Shown in pieces: positions 37,167 through 38,270 of a DNA stretch of 38,270 nucleotides. The stretch covers positions 1 to 38,270 of the forward strand of contig CAYWDJ010000002.1 of NCBI GenBank assembly GCA_964457005.1. Reading direction: 5' to 3'. Source of the stretch: an uncultured Planctomycetia bacterium (GTDB lineage Bacteria > Omnitrophota > Gorgyraeia > Tantalellales > Tantalellaceae). The notes below the pieces were generated by a model. The model did not search any database, was not told the DNA's origin, and saw only the letters and a list, made by a program, of their open reading frames with translations. How positions within the stretch are numbered: position 1 is the first letter of the stretch; every line of letters begins with the position of its first letter. The position numbers and the translations under genes are program-made.

Positions 37167-37409
37167 TTACACTGGAATGATGTTCACTACTCTCTTACCT
37201 GTGAAATTGACAGAACCATCACATGTAGCGAAAATTGTGTCATCTTTGCCGAGGCCAACATTCAAGCCTGGTTTGTAATGAGTCCCTCTCTGCCTTATGA
37301 TTATACTTCCTGCACTTACAGTTTCGCCGCCAAACACTTTAACGCCTAATCTCTGCGCGTTCGAATCGCGACCGTTCCTTGAAGCGCCTTGTCCTTTTTT
37401 ATGTGCCAT
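37167..37409 (-). CDS. rpmA: 50S ribosomal protein L27
   Basis: [24 protein letters not shown] is typical L27, with no Prp-cleaved N-terminal extension. Confidence 0.95.
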   Translation of the reverse strand: MAHKKGQGASRNGRDSNAQRLGVKVFGGETVSAGSIIIRQRGTHYKPGLNVGLGKDDTIFATCDGSVNFTGKRVVNIIPV

Positions 37410-37421
37410 GATTGTCTCCTA

Positions 37422-37835
37422 TTATTTATCTTCTTTCTTCGCTTTTGGTTTCGCGGCTTTCTCTGCCTTCGGCTTATCAGTTTTCTCTGCCTTTGGCTTC
37501 TCAACCTTTTCTGCCTTCTCAGCGAAGTGAATTTCTTTAACTTTAAATTCCGTAAGATCCTGTCTATGTCCGATCTTTGACTGGGAGCTTTTTCTGTCCC
37601 TGTACTTGAACGCTATGACCTTTTTACCCCTGGTATCGCCAAGGACCTCAAGCTCAACATATGCGTCTTTTACGTATGGCTCCCCTATAAAATGAGCATT
37701 GCCCTTTTTCCCGAAAAGGACCGTATCCACCTTAACAACCTTTTTATCCTCGGTTTGCATCCTGTTTACGGTAAACTTGGTATCCTTCTCAACCTTGACC
37801 TGAGCTCCCTGTAATTCGATAACTGCGTACATCAT
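37422..37835 (-). CDS. rplU: 50S ribosomal protein L21 with about 35-aa KPKAEK-repeat C-terminal tail
   Basis: [17 protein letters not shown] is typical L21. The tail is [37 protein letters not shown] precedes the ATG. Confidence 0.93.
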   Translation of the reverse strand: MMYAVIELQGAQVKVEKDTKFTVNRMQTEDKKVVKVDTVLFGKKGNAHFIGEPYVKDAYVELEVLGDTRGKKVIAFKYRDRKSSQSKIGHRQDLTEFKVKEIHFAEKAEKVEKPKAEKTDKPKAEKAAKPKAKKEDK

Positions 37836-37919
37836 TTTCTCCTATATTGTCCTAAATTAGCTATTATAATTAAGTTATATGACTCTATATACACTTTCCC
37901 CTTGTGCAAAAGTTTAATA

Positions 37920-37948
37920 ATATTAACAAATACGCCCTATATTGTCAA
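37920..37948 (-). promoter_or_regulatory. Candidate sigma70-type promoter for the rplU-rpmA-obg-proBA operon
   Basis: On the minus strand: perfect TTGACA (37943-37948), 17-nt spacer, TAATAT (37920-37925). The leader to the rplU ATG is about 75 nt. Confidence 0.45.
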
Positions 37949-37956
37949 GCATTTAA

Positions 37957-38012
37957 GTAAGCTATAAGCTATAAGCTGTAAGCTATAAGCTGTAAGCTAT
38001 AAGATGTAAGCC
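37957..38012. repeat. Direct tandem array of 8 heptamers (R)TAAGCT (element C)
   Basis: GTAAGCT ATAAGCT ATAAGCT GTAAGCT ATAAGCT GTAAGCT ATAAGAT GTAAGCC. Confidence 0.92.
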
Positions 38013-38035
38013 AGTATATCCACTCTTCTTCGGCA

Positions 38036-38070
38036 GGTATTCCGCGCGAGTTCCGCAGACCAGGCGAGCT
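38036..38070. repeat. GC-rich direct repeat, copy R1
   Basis: GGTATTCCGCGCGAGTTCCGCA followed by GACCAGGCGAGCT. It matches copy R2 with one 1-nt indel in the core. Confidence 0.85.
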
Positions 38071-38130
38071 TAACTTACCCGCCAAACAGATCCCTGCACT
38101 CTAGTTTGTCTCTATATTTAAGAATGGGAT

Positions 38131-38163
38131 GGTATTCCGCGCGCAGTTCCGCAAGTCCGAGCT
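38131..38163. repeat. GC-rich direct repeat, copy R2
   Basis: GGTATTCCGCGCGCAGTTCCGCA followed by AGTCCGAGCT, starting 95 nt after R1. Confidence 0.85.
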
Positions 38164-38249
38164 ACATGCGAAGGACCGAGGACCTGTTTCCGGCTACACC
38201 GCTTCAATCAAGTCTTAGCAAAGATATTTTAAAGTTTCTGAGGGGCGTT

Positions 38250-38270
38250 ATGAACGAGCAAGCTTGGTTT
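38250..38270 (+). CDS. Possible 5' end of an unidentified plus-strand gene (only 7 codons visible)
   Basis: ATG at 38250 preceded by GAGGGG plus 5 nt. It reads MNEQAWF to the window edge. The same frame is open back to 38010, so the start is uncertain. Confidence 0.25.

Noticed and set aside
37957-38012. Considered whether the heptamer arrays, or the R1/R2 repeats at 38036-38163, could be a CRISPR array.
   Set aside because: The heptamer units are 7 nt, contiguous and without spacers. R1/R2 are only two non-identical copies separated by about 60-70 nt, and no cas genes are in the window. Neither fits CRISPR architecture.
37836-38249. Considered whether this is a replication origin (oriC), because of the divergent strand switch and repeats.
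   Set aside because: There is only one 7/9 DnaA-box-like match (ATATCCACT at 38016-38024) and no box cluster. No dnaA/dnaN is visible. The seven visible codons of the downstream ORF cannot identify DnaA. It is kept only as something to test on the full contig.
38150-38270. Considered resemblance to structured RNAs: AAGTCCGAGCT versus the RNase P P4 motif GGAAAGUCCGGGCU, and GGGGCGTTATGAACG versus a tmRNA 5' end. SRP-like GGAA loops were also considered.
   Set aside because: The flanking conserved blocks are absent: the tmRNA GGAUUCGAC, the RNase P downstream helices, and the SRP AGGUCCGGAAGGAAGCAGCC. The matches are short and isolated.
38010-38270. An open reading frame of 87 codons runs through both GC-rich repeats and in frame into the ATG at 38250.
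   Set aside because: The two repeat copies are read in different frames at their 5' ends, so the repetition is not protein-level. The internal ATG at 38124 has no SD. GC-rich sequence stays open by chance. The SD-preceded ATG at 38250 is the more plausible start.
1-38270. Searched by eye for defence or mobile-element hallmarks: integrase or transposase motifs, restriction/methylase pairs, toxin-antitoxin pairs, reverse transcriptase, phage structural genes, tRNA or tmRNA attachment sites.
   Set aside because: None found. Every ORF of 60 aa or more that is not a shadow ORF is assignable to a housekeeping or envelope function, and no tRNA or rRNA gene is present.

Overview
This 38.3-kb window is a moderately AT-rich bacterial chromosome segment. 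All 42 CDS I can support lie on the minus strand. The first possible plus-strand start is at 38250, at the right edge. Content is almost entirely housekeeping. From right to left the gene order is: rplU-rpmA-obg-proB-proA; nadD, a small zinc-ribbon ORF, rsfS, argS and a compact mfd; two parvulin-type chaperones with pdxA and rsmA; gatCAB; ctpA, a yibQ-like gene, tsaD and an MgtC-family gene; a bactofilin/HTH/TPR-PDZ/HAMP cluster; polA-coaE-rho-rpmE-prfA-prmC-murA; rpsP-trmD-rplS-rnhB; a folate C1 cluster (fhs, cyclodeaminase-like, folD, short metF-like); panB; and a partial P-loop gene. The surA-pdxA-rsmA and ctpA-yibQ synteny and the lipoprotein/periplasmic chaperones suggest a diderm lineage, possibly an uncultured one; this is low-confidence inference. 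I found no integrase, transposase, CRISPR array, toxin-antitoxin pair or recognisable defence genes, and I cannot point to a discrete novel multi-gene system with confidence. The features least explained by ordinary annotation are: (1) a heptanucleotide NTAAGCT repeat family in 3 of 9 sizeable intergenic spacers, twice as inverted arrays that exactly fill the spacer and abut start codons lacking a Shine-Dalgarno; (2) a 103-nt rod-like palindromic element after mfd; (3) a pair of GC-rich 22/23-nt direct repeats at the strand-switch region on the right edge; (4) a bactofilin fused to an excisionase-type HTH, next to a tail-anchored paralogous HTH protein; (5) an Mfd that lacks both the UvrB-homology module and domain D7; (6) K/P/A-rich repeat tails on Rho and L21. 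All calls rest on reading the sequence and the supplied translations; no database search was run.
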